From Phyllosticta citribraziliensis (Eukaryota): a stretch of 64,000 nt of DNA. Positions 39,093 to 52,934 of the stretch are shown in pieces; within the stretch, counting starts at the first letter, position 1; the number at the start of each line of letters is the position of its first letter. Position numbers and translations under genes: made by a program. The notes under the pieces are model-generated. The model ran no database searches. It was not told the DNA's origin and saw only the letters and a list, made by a program, of their open reading frames with translations. The stretch is taken from positions 1,612,001-1,676,000 of the forward strand of contig NW_027117345.1 of assembly GCF_038025025.1 (NCBI RefSeq), written 5' to 3'.

Positions 39093-40492
39093 CTACTCCC
39101 AGTCCTCCTCGTCGCTCTCGTCGGCCGTCGTGCGCTTGGCCTCCTTGGGGCTGCCGGGCCCGCGGCTCGTGGCGCCGCTGACAACGTCGTAGCTGGCGTC
39201 GCTGTCGGGCTGGGAGCGCTCGTCGCTGAGTTTGCGCACATCCCCCTTGGCCGTCTCGGCCGTCGAAGGCTTGAGCGTGTCTTTGGAGTTGGAGAGGCCG
39301 GCATCTGGAGACGAGGTTTTGGCCGTCGACTTTTCCGCCTCGTCGTCTGAGTCGTCGTCCCATCCGACCTCTTCCTCGTCAACTCGAGAAGCAGAAGCTG
39401 TGACTACATGTGAGCACTGACAAAAACCAAACGAGTTGGGATAGTACGCACCCTTCAGCATCTCCCTGCGACGCTGCTCCTCGCTCTCAATCACATGCCT
39501 GAGGAAGTAGTACCGAGTCCAAAATGGCTTGTACTCGACCTTGTCCGGGACCAGGGCCTCCATTGATTTCCGCAATTCGGGATACCTTTCGAGGTCCTTT
39601 GTAATGTCCGCCGTCTTCTGATCAATATCAAATTCCTTGGTCCAGCCATCCCACTCTGGGCTTTCAGGGTCCTTTGTGAAGCCATCCAGGTTAGAGTGGA
39701 TCACATGCAATTGCGCATCGAAACGGGTAGTGTGGATAATTCGCTTGCCATCAGCGTCTTTGCTTTCGAAAAGCACCTTTGACTGCGAACCGTCCGTTGG
39801 ACTGCCATCCTCGGGTGGCGCAATTGTGACGGCGTCGCGCAAGAAATTACGAATGTTGGTGCCAAATTTGAGCAGAGCTTCGTCAGCCGCATCTTCAGCC
39901 TTTTGGATATCCTTGAGCCTCTTGGCCCCCTCGAGGCGCAAGAGCGAAAGCATGCCTTCAGCCTCCTTGACAATGTCGGCGGGGAGAGATTCGGAGCGTT
40001 CTGCATTTTCGGTTGCGGGGTTCACAGTTGCGGCGGCATTGACTTCGACAGTGTTTCCGTCCTTGTCTGTGACTGTGGTCCTGGAGGAGGAGTCGGCTTC
40101 TGGGAGCTGCACTTGAGGCAAGGATGTAGAGATGTTGCGAGTGTGTGTGGTGATGGTGGAGCGCAGGCCAGTGAGACCTTGGTTGGCCTGTTCTACCAAG
40201 GGTTGTGACTGTTGGAGCGCAGTCTCGTAGTATGTCTCTCCCTGTGTTGGATGGCAGTTAGCACGTGTTGAGTTGGCAACAGAGGCCACGCATTGCTTGC
40301 CTGCTTCTTGACGGTGCCCCAAAGGCCGCCGAGTCGAGCAGCCCACGGGCTGTTGGAAATGGCCTTGTAAGCCTCTTGGACCTCGGTGTTGAAGTCGTTT
40401 TGCTTGGGCTTTTCCTTGGATTCGTCATCCTTTTTGGGGCGCTCGTCGTCGGGGAAGCTCTCCTCCTGGATGTGGTCGTATGCGACGTCCAT
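39093..40492 (-). CDS. BSD-domain protein (Dos2-like)
   Basis: [11 protein letters not shown] start, [31 protein letters not shown] (BSD FW motif), acidic tail ending EDWE; two introns. Confidence 0.85.
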
Positions 40493-40995
40493 GGTGTGGC
40501 GCGGGGCAGTGGGAAGGTGCTGCGGCACTCGCGACAAAAAGCAAGATGTGGGCAGAGCGTATGTGGCGTGGACGTGGGCGTGGGCGTGGGCGTATGTTTC
40601 TTGAGAGGTGGATGGTCGGTTGCGTCGCTGCAGGAGGAGCAGCGGAGGTGGTGACGGCACGGAAGCGGGTTGATCGGGATACGGCGCGGTTACCTTGCGG
40701 TTCCTGGTCTGGTCTCCCTGGTCGGCGGCGGCGGCACACCTGAGGCGGGGGCTCCCGCCGCCGCATTCGGCGAACCGGTGACAGGAGTACTGAATACGAG
40801 TGCCTTGCTTTCAACGGCATATTAAAAATATCATCTATGTACCTTAGACTTGCGCGACCCTCTCCAAAGTAAAAACTCCCTTTTCTTCCGTCTATAGCGC
40901 CCCACTGAAGCCACAGCCACACCAATTATGTCGTATGACTCCGGAAACGCCTTGCCTGTTCAGATGGATGCAGAAATGCAGCACGTCTGTCTTAT

Positions 40996-41671
40996 TCAAC
41001 GCTTCTTCTTGCCCACAACCTTGGTAAAGCCGTCTTCGTCGACCTCGGGTTCCGACTTTTCTTTGGGCGCTGCTGGAACAAGTTGAGGCGCGTCCTCCAT
41101 GGTCGCGTCTTCGTCCTCGTCGCCGTAGACCTCCAGGTCGCTGTCGTCGGTTGCATCGTTGACGCCACCCTCTTGAACAACTTGGATGTTGCCCAGATTC
41201 GGTCCCTTGCCCCTCCTCTCTCGCCACCTGCGCTCCATGGCATCGACAGTGTCGAACTTGCCCTGGGTGACCTCGTCCTTCAGTTTGACAATTGTGGCGG
41301 CGACGAGGACCTCGCTTTCGTCTTCCAGGCGCACTTCGAATTCGTCTTCCATGACCTGAAGCAGAACCGTCTCAATGTCGAGCTGGTCGGTATCCGGGTC
41401 GTTTTCGAGAATGTCTTGTATGGCTCCGGCGAGCCAGTCACGCTTATCGGCGCCATCTGGGCCTCCAAACTGACTCTGGATGGCAACGGTGAGGGCAGGC
41501 CATGCTTGCAGAGCAAACCAGATGCCCTGTCCGAAACGCTCGGACTTGAGTTGGTGGGCTGCGAGGAGATCAGACGACCGTGCGCGTCCAAGGTGCGGAA
41601 ACTCGACGGGACGTACCTGGGCTCGAGTTGGTGGCGGCGGAAACGGGGCCGTTGGTGTTGGAGGCCGACAT
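40996..41671 (-). CDS. TSR2: Pre-rRNA-processing protein Tsr2
   Basis: WPALTVAIQSQFGG...KRDWL, QVMEDEFEVRLEDES, C-terminal VDEDGFTKV; ATG 41671 with intron at about 41559-41616. Confidence 0.85.
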
Positions 41672-42061
41672 GGCAAAGGCCGCGGTGGTGGTGGGGAGGT
41701 CGAGTGGTGGGTGTGCAAATTGAACGTTGGGCACAGAGATTTCCCACGCACCGGTGCTGGGCCTGCAGGCAATGACGTCGGCTGCCGCTAGCGCTGGACC
41801 CTCGCCGCCTGCAGGTGAGCCCGACGGGAGCTCGCCAAACCATCTTCCCCAGACTCGCTCATCTTGGATTGTCCGCCGCTGCGCTCGACCCCCAGAGCCC
41901 CCTATCCTATCACCTTTCATCTCCCTCCTCCTTCTCGACGCTCCTTTGCCTTTTTCGTTCATCGCGAGCATGATCCCCCTCTGACTGCCGCGACTCCAAA
42001 ACCTACCCTCTCGTTGCGCCCCTTCTTTTCTTCTTCTCCCTTGATTTCCAAGACACCAACC

Positions 42062-44978
42062 ATGGTCCTGAATACCTTGACCGTTGCCGCTGCTGTCACA
42101 CCGACTGTCATTGAGACTTACTTTTCCCACGTAAGCCGCCCATCCACACCCATTCGCTGCTGTGCCGCACCTGCTCATTGGCACGCTCCAGTACTTGAAC
42201 CGCAAGCCCCATCAAGGAAAGCCAACCGCGTACATTGGCTACCACGAGGGCCTGCAGCTCGTGCGCCAATTCCTAACATATGCTGCCGACCACACCGTCG
42301 AGGAGGTCCAGGCCTTTACCCAGCAATGGGTGCCAGTTCCCGCCTGGGTCAAGGCAGACGATGTAACCATACCGCTGGACTTTTTGACCAAGGCTGCCGA
42401 CATTCTGCAGGCACAACTGGGTCCTGATGGAATCGAGCGGGTCGGTGGCAAGACATGGTGGCAGTGGCGCGGCGAAAACCCCCACCTCAAGGCTGAATGG
42501 ATCGAAATGCGAAAAGACTACTCTGAGCGCAGAGCTGCACAAGATCCAACGGGACAGAGGATAATCCTGTATATCCATGGCGGCGCATACTACTTTGGGA
42601 GCGTCGATGAGCACCGCTATCAGATCCAACGGCACGCAAGAAAACTGAAAGCAAGGGTCTTTGCTCCGAGATATCGACTATCGCCACAATTCCCGTTCCC
42701 TTGCGGCATACACGACGCTGTCGCGGCATATCTCTATCTGCTACAGGACCACCATCCGTCCACTATTCTTGTAGCTGGCGACTCGGCGGGTGGTGGAATG
42801 GCACTATCACTCCTCATTACACTTCGCGATCAGGGAATCCCTCTCCCGGCTGGTGGCATCTTGCTCTCTCCCTGGGTTGACCTTACGCACTCGTTTCCAA
42901 GTCTCCTCGGCGATGGGAAGCTTGACTACATTCCGTCTCACGGATTTTCTCACAAGCCGTCAATGGCTTGGCCACCTCCCAACGCGGACGACTTAGAAGC
43001 CATCAAGAAGGGTTCCGTTGAGATGAATGCCTCGTCACGCAAGAACAAACCCCCAACGGTCAAAGACACAAAAGAAGAGGGAGAAAATCGCGCTCGGGGC
43101 TATTCCATTGAAAAGCAGGTGGATGGACAGGCCCCGGATCCACTCGACTCTAGCGCCAAAGCAGCTGGATCATCCTTCGCTCTACCCCCGCCAAACCTCA
43201 CCATCACTATAGATGGCAAGCTCATTACGATCAAGGATCAGATCCAGCTTTATGCTGCTAACCATCTGCTCAATCACCCTCTTGTATCTCCTGTTCTCCA
43301 GCCGACTTTGGGTGGCCTTCCGCCTCTCCTGGTTCAGGTTGGAGGTGGGGAGCTTTTGCACGACGAGCAAGTGTACCTCGCGCACAAGGCCGCTGCTCCC
43401 ATGAACTACTTGCCCGACCTGTCGCATTTAACCCCAGAAGAGCAGGAGAGGGTCAAAGAAGAAGCCGATAGATACCCACCAACGGATGTCAAGCTGGAGG
43501 TTTGGGACGATCTTTGTCACGTTCCACACACCCTCAGTTTTACACGCCCGGCAAAGTTGATGTATAGATCCGTGGCTCACTTTGGAGCCTGGGCTCTTGC
43601 ACGAGCCCAGAAAAAGCCTATCGATATTCTGGACGACGAAGAGGTCTCTGACATCGGCGAGTCACCAGACTCCAGTCCTGAGAGACCCGTTGCCAGTAGT
43701 TCTGCCGAGCCGCTACAACAGTCCGATGGTACAGAAATGGACGCGAAAGACATAATCGGTCGTGCCGGAGACCCTCTGCCACCTTTTGAGCATCACATGA
43801 TACGACAACGGATAAACAGGCAGGGTAGGATACGTGCAATGGAGGATCCGGAAAATATCCACCTTCTACAAATTTCTCCATCGGAGATTGGAATTATCAA
43901 AGAAGGGCCTGTGAAGAAGTGGATGAATGTGCAAGAGCGCTGGGCGAAGAAATTCGAAAAGGAGAAGCGCGCAGTTCAAAGCCGAAGAATCGAAGAAATG
44001 GCCGCCGGCTACGAGGGTTTTGATGGAGAAACCCCACCGCCTACTGCCCTTGCAGGGCGCCGCCTCAAAGACCGAGACCTCCCACGCATTAAGAAGGTTA
44101 AGAGTTGGGGTCTTGCCATGTGGAGCGGTTGGGGCAGCAAACACGACCAAGCGACCATTCGACGCGAAACGCGCGCCGACTCGATCGAGGAGGCAACTGT
44201 GGATCCTGAAGGTGCTCCCGATGCCAAATCTCGACCCAGATCAGTCAGCATGAGTAGCAAGAAGAAAGGCAGACGCCTGACCGTCGATAGTCGCCCTCGC
44301 TCCCGTCGTCGCACGGTGACGGACGAGGGTCAAACGGATACAGACACATGGCATCCAGCATCGACCGAAGGCATGCTCTCAGACCAGCTTCCCACGGCAT
44401 CCTCTCCCCCGCCTTTTATCTCGCTCCCAGTGTCGGCGTCTTACCCTGAGACTGGCTCAATTGCTGCGACGATTTCCACTCGCGCCCCTGACCCCGATAC
44501 TGCTTTCTCGTCCCCTATCCCTAGTCCTAGGCTCAGCACCTCGGATGCCCAGCAGCCTCTCATAGTCATGTCGGAGGATGCCGACGGTTCCCCGACGATT
44601 ATCCCTCCTAGCAACAATACAAGCACCCGGCCGACTTGCGAAGGCATCGCGTACCCGTTCAAACTGCAAGTGGGCAATCACAAGCCGAATCCGAGCACAA
44701 CAACTCTCATGAGCTTCCAAAGCAGCATGCGGGAGAGGGATTCCGATAGTCATGGTATAGACACAAGGACAACTGGCACCGGAGCCTCAGTATTGAAAGA
44801 AGACGAGGCGAAGGAAGCAGTCGAAGAGGAAATGGACAGAGAAAAGTATGACGCGGTGCAGAAACAAGAAGTCGAGATGAAGAGCGGGGAGAATCAGGAG
44901 GCCAAGAAGAGTCAAGAGACCGAGAAAAAGGACAAAAGACCGGAGCCTGAGCGCTTCATGACCGCTGCGGAGTTTTAA
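42062..44978 (+). CDS. Alpha/beta hydrolase (HSL-family lipase/esterase)
   Basis: HGGAY, AGDSAGG, SPWVD, HVPH motifs; short first exon MVLNTL...YFSH then intron; long low-complexity C-terminus. Confidence 0.88.
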
Positions 44979-47725
44979 TACGGCATAGAGGCCCGTTGTG
45001 CATTACTAACGGGCGCGTCAGAATTGTCTACTACTTTATCGCTGTAATATTTCCTTTGTTTGCTACAGCATTTACACAGCATTGCTCCTGTTGCATCTTT
45101 CACTATACCCTCTCAGTTCATTCGTTTTGTTGTAACCAGACTTGTCCTTTTTCTTTTTGCAAATTGTAGCGTTGTCGCCTTTCTCATATATTGCCGGCAT
45201 ATATTTTGTGATGATTGTGTCTCTATTTGCTGGGGGCTGAGCCAGGTTTGAGGCTGTCACTGCATCGGAGGAGGCCCTGGTTGCATGCATATTTCATTTA
45301 CTCAATTCGACCACAGATCTAATCCCCCATGCTTACACACAGAGAAACCCAACATATTGTCCACACTCTCCTGATTTCGCCGATCGTCATCGAATGCGAC
45401 CCGTTCTACCAGTTTTGTCGAGCGACCAGTTGGATCTTCGTCTGCCCTCCTCTCCACAGCTGAGCCGCAATATTCGCAGTATGACAGAAAACTGTTCACC
45501 AACGCCATCCCTCCTCGTTGGGAATCGTGCAAGCAGAATCCACGGCCCACCCTCGTCACTGACCATTCCACAAGGCCTTGGTCACCATCCACTAACCAAT
45601 CGCAGCGTACTTGCTGGAATTCGGGACGCATCGGATTTTTGGGCCGCGCAAGAGGAAGGAGGTGTGCAGGCACAAGTTGATGCGATTGATGAAGTCGTAC
45701 TAATCAGTCGTCACTCACTTCGCCTTACCGCTGACTCGCCGCTTGACCCTCCAGTCCGGACTACTCGGTTCCAGTCCGAACTTTAGGCAAAGCAGGCCGA
45801 GGTGGAGCAGTCTGCCTCTTCAGGTGCTTCGTATGACACGGTGCCATTGAGCGGAACGCCCTCGCCCCTCCTCCTCGTTCGAGCTCTTCGGTACCAAATC
45901 TCAAGCCCGCAACATACAACTTTAAACGTCGCAAGACGAGAATGGAAATAAGAAAAGAGAAAAAAGAGTAGGTAGGTGGGTGGGTAAGGGGTACAACACC
46001 CACACCCTCGTCCTGCGCTACCTTACTCAGTACCCGCATCCCATCTTACCCTCCCTTGGTAGTTTGCTCTCCGCCAAAGGCAATGACAAACGGAACCAGT
46101 GACTCGCAACTTCAAACGTAGTGGGTAACATGGCTTTTCCAAACGCGGCATGAAGCCCACCGTAGCGAGCTCTCACGGGCAACGAGAAGGTGCGCGAGAA
46201 ACTCTTTCCATGGTTTGTCGTCTCCCTATCCCGGGTGGATGCCAGGAATAATGTGACGTGTAAGCTGGGCGGACCGACGTTCGTCAAAGGGATGGCAGAG
46301 GGGATGGTGGTGGTCCATGGGCGGAGTGTTGAATGCTTCCATGGCGCAGGCGAACCGAACAAAGAGCTGCCAGGAGAATGACGGAACTTTGACGTGACAA
46401 GGCCGTGTTTTGGGATTGTGTGCAACCGTTGGAATGGAGGGAACGTGGTGAGTGAATCAGCCAAGTAATTGTAAGCGTCCCGAGCCCCCTTTTCCGCACT
46501 CTTCTTGTCTCCTTTTCCGGTGCTCTTCCATTCGCTTGCGCAGAGCCATCCAATGGAACGATTTATTAGGTAACTTCGACCACAGTAGAGGACGCCGGGG
46601 ATGGGGATGTTCAGCTCGGATGGGGAAGTTCAGCACGTGGTCTTGCTTTGTCGATTGCGGGACGTGGTTTGGTTGCGTGTACCGTGGATGCAAGATTTGA
46701 AAAGTCACCACGCCTAGCAAGATTGCAGGAAAACGATACAACCTAGCAGTGTGACGTGATGGAGATGGAGAATTAGATGTGAAGATAAGGAGAGGGAGAG
46801 ATAGAGAGAGAGAAAGGGGAGGGCGTAAGGTATTTAAATGTGATGCTCCCCCTGTTATTTTGCTTTTTTTCTTCTTCTCTTTTTCTCTCTTTCTCTCATT
46901 CCCCCCTCACTTTTTCTCTTTCTCCTCTATATCTTTCCCCTCTCTCCTTCTCCCCTCTCTGTTCCTTTACTTCTTCTCGGTCTTAGTCTTATTAGTCTTC
47001 TTCGTCTTCCGGTCCGACCTATCCCCGTTGTCTGGGAGACAACCTCGCCCCAACGACACCCGCCACCGTCAGGACCTACCACCATCACCGAAGAACGTCC
47101 CTCATCGACGCGACCCAAGGCTTCTCCTGTCCCGTACCACTGCGCTCACAACTTCAAACGTCGCAAAGACTTACGCATGTGAAATCACATGTGCGCATGT
47201 CAGTTTTGGGCATTGTAGCCACGCGAAGGCGGCACATGGGCCAGAAAGGGATTGCCAGAAGGGGGAAGCAGGTGGGTGGGTCCGTTGGGGCGAAAGAGGC
47301 AACATTGAACGTCGTGTCGCGGTGGGCTGCCTGACATGTGAAGACGACGGGCGATAAGGAGGAGGCGCAGGTGATTCGGACGGAAGAGGGAGAGGAGCGG
47401 TCGAGAGCGACTGAGGCGCGCGAGTGTAGGAGGTGACGATGTCTGTTCAATTTTTGGTGGTATCTGGGGCGGATTCTTGCGGATGTTGCGTCAGGGGGAC
47501 GTATTTATGAGCATTTCAGGGGCCGCTTTTTCTCGAAGAGAGAGTTCTGAGTAGAAAGTCTTGCAGCGAAAGTAAGATTGGGAGAGATGTGAATATCAGG
47601 AGAGAAATCATAGAGTGCTTCCATAGAGCATCAACAAGATAGATTCAATGAAAACAGTGTCAATGTATATGTCGTATACTGCAAATGAACCACCCACAAC
47701 TCTATCTACAGCCATGCAATCTTTC

Positions 47726-48885
47726 TCACAGTGACGTCGACGTCGCACTCACGCTCGCCGCTGTCGACACAGCAGCTGTCGTAGGCGTCGGATTCGCGGT
47801 GCACGACGGAGCACCCGTCGTGCTCGGTTCGATGCTCGTATAGGGGGGTTGGCCGGACAAGCGCTCCGCCTTGACGAGGACTGGAATGACAGCGCCCGTG
47901 ACGAGGCTAAAAGTGCGGTGACCGAGGGCCTTGAGCGTAGCGCCAATGCTGCCCGAGTGGCTGGTCAGAGAGATGAAAGTGGAATTGTCCGAGGCGAAGA
48001 TGTCATCGAGCAGCGTCTTGAGGCGCGCGACCTGCTGGGTGCTGGACTCGCGCGTGTTCGAGTTCCAGAGCAGGTCGTCCTCGGCGAATCCCGGCTCAAA
48101 CTCCCACGCCGGATACGACTCGTGGATCCACGTCTTGGAGCTGCGGCGGTCGCACGTGTGCAGGCCGAGGCTCTCGCGCAGCAGCTCCTTGACGACGGGC
48201 GCGAACGGCCGCGACTCGGGGAGCGACAGGTCGCTGAAGGTGTAGTTGGCCGTGGCGAGGCAGCGCGCCAGCGGCGAGACGTAGTACGACTCGGGGGCGG
48301 GGATGCCCGCCGTGGCGAGGGCGTTGGCCCAGAAGGCGTTGGCGACGAGCGCTTGCTGGATGCCCGTCTCCGTCAGGTGCGCGTCGGCCCAGGTGATGGT
48401 GCCGTTGCCGTCGGCCAGCGACCAGTAGCAGTCCCATGCTGGTGTACCGTAGAACGACTCGGCCACGTTGTGGTAGCCTTCGCCGTGCCGTCCCATAATG
48501 AGCACTTTGTATTGCTCATTGGACGCGGCCTTTTCGTTGAGGCTTGAGACGTAGTTGGAGAAGCGCTCCCATTGCGTCTTCTTACCCGCAGGATCAAATG
48601 AGTCGTCCGTTGGGTATGTGCGGTTTATAAGGCCCAGGTTGACTTGGGACTGCAGAATGTCAGCTGTTGGACCGGCGACTCGCTCCCAAGAGACATTGTC
48701 GAGCTACGCACGTAGTCAAAAGTCTTGGCATCGGTCGAGTTTTCATCTTGCAGGAAAAATCCAGTGACGGTGGTGTACCTCAAGTAAGACGAGTTGGAAG
48801 GAATGTAGGCTGCTCGCGTGGACTCGCTCATGGTGAAGAGCAGAGCCAGAAGCACTGTTGTCGCAAAGAGGACCGGACTGCCCAT
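47726..48885 (-). CDS. Histidine phosphatase / phosphoglycerate mutase family (Pmu1-like), probably secreted
   Basis: Signal-peptide-like N-terminus, GRHGEGYHN, SPLARC, HTCDRRS, TSHSG; Ser/Thr-rich tail; one intron. Confidence 0.85.
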
Positions 48886-49534
48886 GATAAGAAACTGACT
48901 GGCGCAGACGCGAAAGGAAAATGTCCAATGAAAGGAGATCACGCGCAGAGGGAGAGCAGAGCAGGACAAACGAGTGGAAGCGACAGGCTGACGAGGGACT
49001 TTTTAAAGAAGAGACGGCACTTACACGACCTTTCGAATGGTCCAAGCGAGACCCCACCGGCTGTGATGAGGCGGTCTATCTGGGCATGGCATATTACGAG
49101 ATGGGCGACATTTCCGTCGGCGAGTTGGGGCGATGAGGTGTAGCAGAGGAGACGCGAACCGAAGGCCTCTTGCGGGGAAGCCACAGCCAATGGCACAGAA
49201 ACGTGATGGCAGCGGGCAAGCCACATGGGGCAAGGGTCCGACGAGCCGCATCAGCCACGCCGCACTGGGAAGAGGCCTTCTCGGCATGCCGTTTGTTTGT
49301 GCTCTATCACCGACCCGTGGTCGACCTACACGAAAAAGCTATCCTCCCCACAACTGAGGGCCTGCTGCTGTCTACCTCTTCGTCGCTTTTGGGTACTCGT
49401 GCCGGGCCTCATTCCAGCCCGGTCCCCTGACAAACGCCAGACATGCTTCGTGAAAAGGAACCCAAAACCTGCAAAAGCCTCTCTTTTGGAACCCACTCAG
49501 TTCTTGCATATTCAATTGAAATCCGCCACTCCGC

Positions 49535-50778
49535 TCACAAGTTTGCCGCCTTCTGCTCCCTCTCCACCTCGTACAGGAAGTCGAAGTACGGCTTGTCGAA
49601 GTGGTGCACACGGACGTAACCGTCCTCACCACCGGAGCAGTATCCTGTGCCCTTGGGGTGGACGGCAACGTAGTTGAGGGGTCCAAAGTGGCCACGCACA
49701 CGGCCAACCTCCTCCTCGAAGATCTTGTGGTAGAAACGAGCCTCGAATTTACCCTGGCGAGCCGACGTTGTCGTGACATCCATGGCGGCCTGACCACCAC
49801 CGAGAACAACAAAATCCTTGACGGGCGTAATGGCAGCGCTGTTGAGAGGAGTGTCGGTGACGTAGGTGTGGAGGATTTGGAGGTCGTCGGTGGAGACGAG
49901 CTGCGAATTCAAGTCAGTACTTTTTGCTGAGCCATGAAAAAAGCCGCACGACTTACTCTGGCAGTCTTGTCCTTGCCAGCGGTGATGAAGTAGGTCCTGT
50001 CGGGAGCCCACTGCAGGTCCGTTATTTGTGTGTCGATCTCGTGGACTTCGACAAGTTCGAGCATCTCGCCGGTCTGGAGAGAAACATCAGCACGAGCTCG
50101 CTAATCCAACCGCTTTCAGAATCTACCTTGGCATCCCACTGCGTGACGGTGCCGTCCTCGTGGCCAGAAATAATGTACTTGGCGCCATAGCTGAAGCCCG
50201 CGACTGTCGGCTTTGCATCCTCGCAAACAATCCTCAGCTTGCGCTCGTCCGTCTGCTCCGCCTCCGGGTCCGGGTTGATGTCGTAAACGCTAATGGTACC
50301 GAGGTGACCGCTCCGCTTCTCCGTCACACCCAGAAGCTGCCTTCCGTCGGGGCTAAACTCGACCCGCTTGATCGACGTCTCAAACTCCCAAGTCTTGAGC
50401 AGCTTGCCAGTCTTGACCTCCCACAGGCGCATCGTGTTGTCGGCGCCACCGGTGGCGAGCAGCGTCGTCGTGGGGTCGACATCGACGGTCCAGAGGGCTC
50501 CGATATGGCCGTGGTAGGTGCCCAGGCGCTCGCCGTTGGCGCTGTACCATGCGCAGACGACATGGTCCTTGGAAACGGAGAAAATCAGGTCGCCATCGGC
50601 GTTGTACCTTGTGGGAGTCAGCACGCGCCGTGGGTTTCGTGATCGGGAACAATGACGGCGTACTTCACTTGAGTCAAGGCACGTTCCTGAAGATGCGCAT
50701 TAGCAAGAGGCAAGAATATTTGCACATGTAAAGCTGCAGGGAGGTACTTACGTGACCGGAGAGCAGGATGGGTCTCAT
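49535..50778 (-). CDS. TIF34: eIF3 subunit I (WD40)
   Basis: [57 protein letters not shown]. Confidence 0.95.
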
Positions 50779-51159
50779 GGTGGGCGGTCTGGGGGGTTGT
50801 TGGCTCACTGCTGCTCAGGTCGCCGCGAAATGTCGACAACGCCGAAGTGGGATTTCGCCGTCCGTGCGTGCTTGAGATCTTATCTCGTTTATGTAATCAA
50901 GGACCAGCTGCAGCGAAGCGAGCATGTGCCTTCCGAACGCGGTAGAAACTACGACACACTTGTAGGTAGGTTTGGGCCGGCTTTCAAAGACCTTCCAATA
51001 CGTAGACATTTAATAGAATTCCATGTCCGCTCATAGTATGCACAGTATCCGTTCCCCAACCACAAGGAAAATTCCGCTATTTAGTATACAATCACAGCGC
51101 GCTCACGCCTGCTAGATGCAAATGCGAAACTGAATCCAACCCAACTTTTCTCGCATCAA

Positions 51160-52934
51160 TTACAACTTCTCCTTGAGACCCTGCTTCAGCCTCCTCTCGA
51201 CAGCCTCCAAGAAGCCCTTGGTCGTGACATAGGCGTCCCTGTTCTTGTTGCCGCAGGCCAGGGCAAGGTCCTTGGTCATGATGCCGTCGACATCGACCGT
51301 GTCAACGCAGGCCCTCTCCAGCGACTCGGCAAAGGCGGTAACCTCGGGGGTTCCGTCAAGCTCACCACGCTTGGCCAAGCCACGGGTCCAGGCGAAGATG
51401 GAAGCAATCGGGTTCGTCGACGTCTCGTTGCCCTTCTGGTGCTCGCGGTAGTGGCGAGTGACGGTGCCGTGAGCGGCCTCAGACTCGAAGGTCTTGCCAT
51501 CAGGGGTGATGAGGACCGAGGTCATGAGACCCAGAGAGCCGAAGCCTTGGGCGACAATGTCCGACTGAACATCACCGTCGTAGTCTGAGACGAGTTAGCA
51601 AAGCAACGACAAGGTGAACCGCGGAGTCCATACTCTTCAAAGCGCAAACGAAACCGCCCTCGCTCTTGACCATCTGAGCAACCATGTCGTCAATGAGGCG
51701 GTGCTCGTACCAGATCTTCTTCGACTCAAACTCCTGCTTGTAAGTAGTCTCGTAGATCTCCTGGAAAATGTCCTTGAAGCGGCCGTCGTACTTCTTCAAG
51801 ATGGTGTTCTTGGTGCTCATGTAAAGAGGCATCTTCTTGTCAAGCGCATACTTGAAGCAAGCGTGGGCAAAGCCCGAGATGGACTCGGCCGTGTTGTACT
51901 GGGTTTGCGCGACACCACCAGTGGCAGGGTAGTCAAAGACCTTGATGGTCTCGGGCTTGCCGCCCTTGGGGGTGAAGACCATTTCCAGGGTACCTTCGCC
52001 CTCAATGACGCGGTCCTTGGCGCGGTATTGGTCACCAAAGGCGTGACGACCAATGATGATCGGCTGCTTCCAGCCAGGTACAAGACGAGGAATGCGGGGG
52101 ATGACGATAGGCTCGCGGAAAACGGTACCGCCGCTAAGGAAAGTTTAGTCTCATTCTTCACGCCGAAGGGATCGTCCTTACAGGTGGTTCCTGATAGTGC
52201 CGTTGGGAGACAGCCACACTACAAAGCCCCTGGTAAGCATAACATCTTGATTCTTCAAAGGTCCAGCGTACTCTGCTTCAGGTTGAACTCCTTGACGCGC
52301 GCCTCGTCCGGAGTGATGGTGGCGCACTTGACACCAACCGAGTGCTGCTTGATGGCTTCCGCGGCGTCAAGCGTGACCTTGTCGCTGGTGGCATCACGGT
52401 GCTCGAGACCCTACGGCGCAATCAGCATTGTATTTCCATGGCTACAGTCCCAGGAATGTACCCACCAGGTCGTAGTACTTGAGGTCGACATCGAGGTAGC
52501 TTGGAACACGTCAGGTGGTGTGATTCGGAGCTCTGGGCTGGTCTGTACTCACGGGTGGATGAACTGCGAGAGAAACAAATCAGCACTTGAAAAATATATC
52601 AGCGCGAGGAGCTTACCCTGTCCTTGATGTCCTGCCAGATGATCCTGGTCATCTCATCACCGTCCAGCTCCACCACCGGGTTCTTGACCTTGATCTTCTG
52701 AGCACTCGCCATTCCCCGGGCCTGGGTAGCGAAACCGAGAGTGATGGGGGCAACGAGGTTGGTCTTTTGGGCGGCGAAACCGGCGACCGAAGCAGCAAGG
52801 CGAGAGCTCGGCGCCGAAGCTTGAGAAGCGCGGAATTGAGGTCTGGCAGCAGCGGCGGTCAGGGAAGCAAAAGATCTGGTGGCAGAAGCAGGAGCAGAGC
52901 GATAAGCCCTCGAGGCAGTCCTAGCGGCGAGCAT
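51160..52934 (-). CDS. IDP1: NADP-dependent isocitrate dehydrogenase with mitochondrial presequence; many introns
   Basis: [63 protein letters not shown]. Confidence 0.95.

Noticed and set aside
47449..47466. Sm-site-like AATTTTTTGG suggesting an snRNA or telomerase RNA
   Set aside because: No U1/U2/U4/U5 signature and no TAACCCTAA-type template found upstream by eye.
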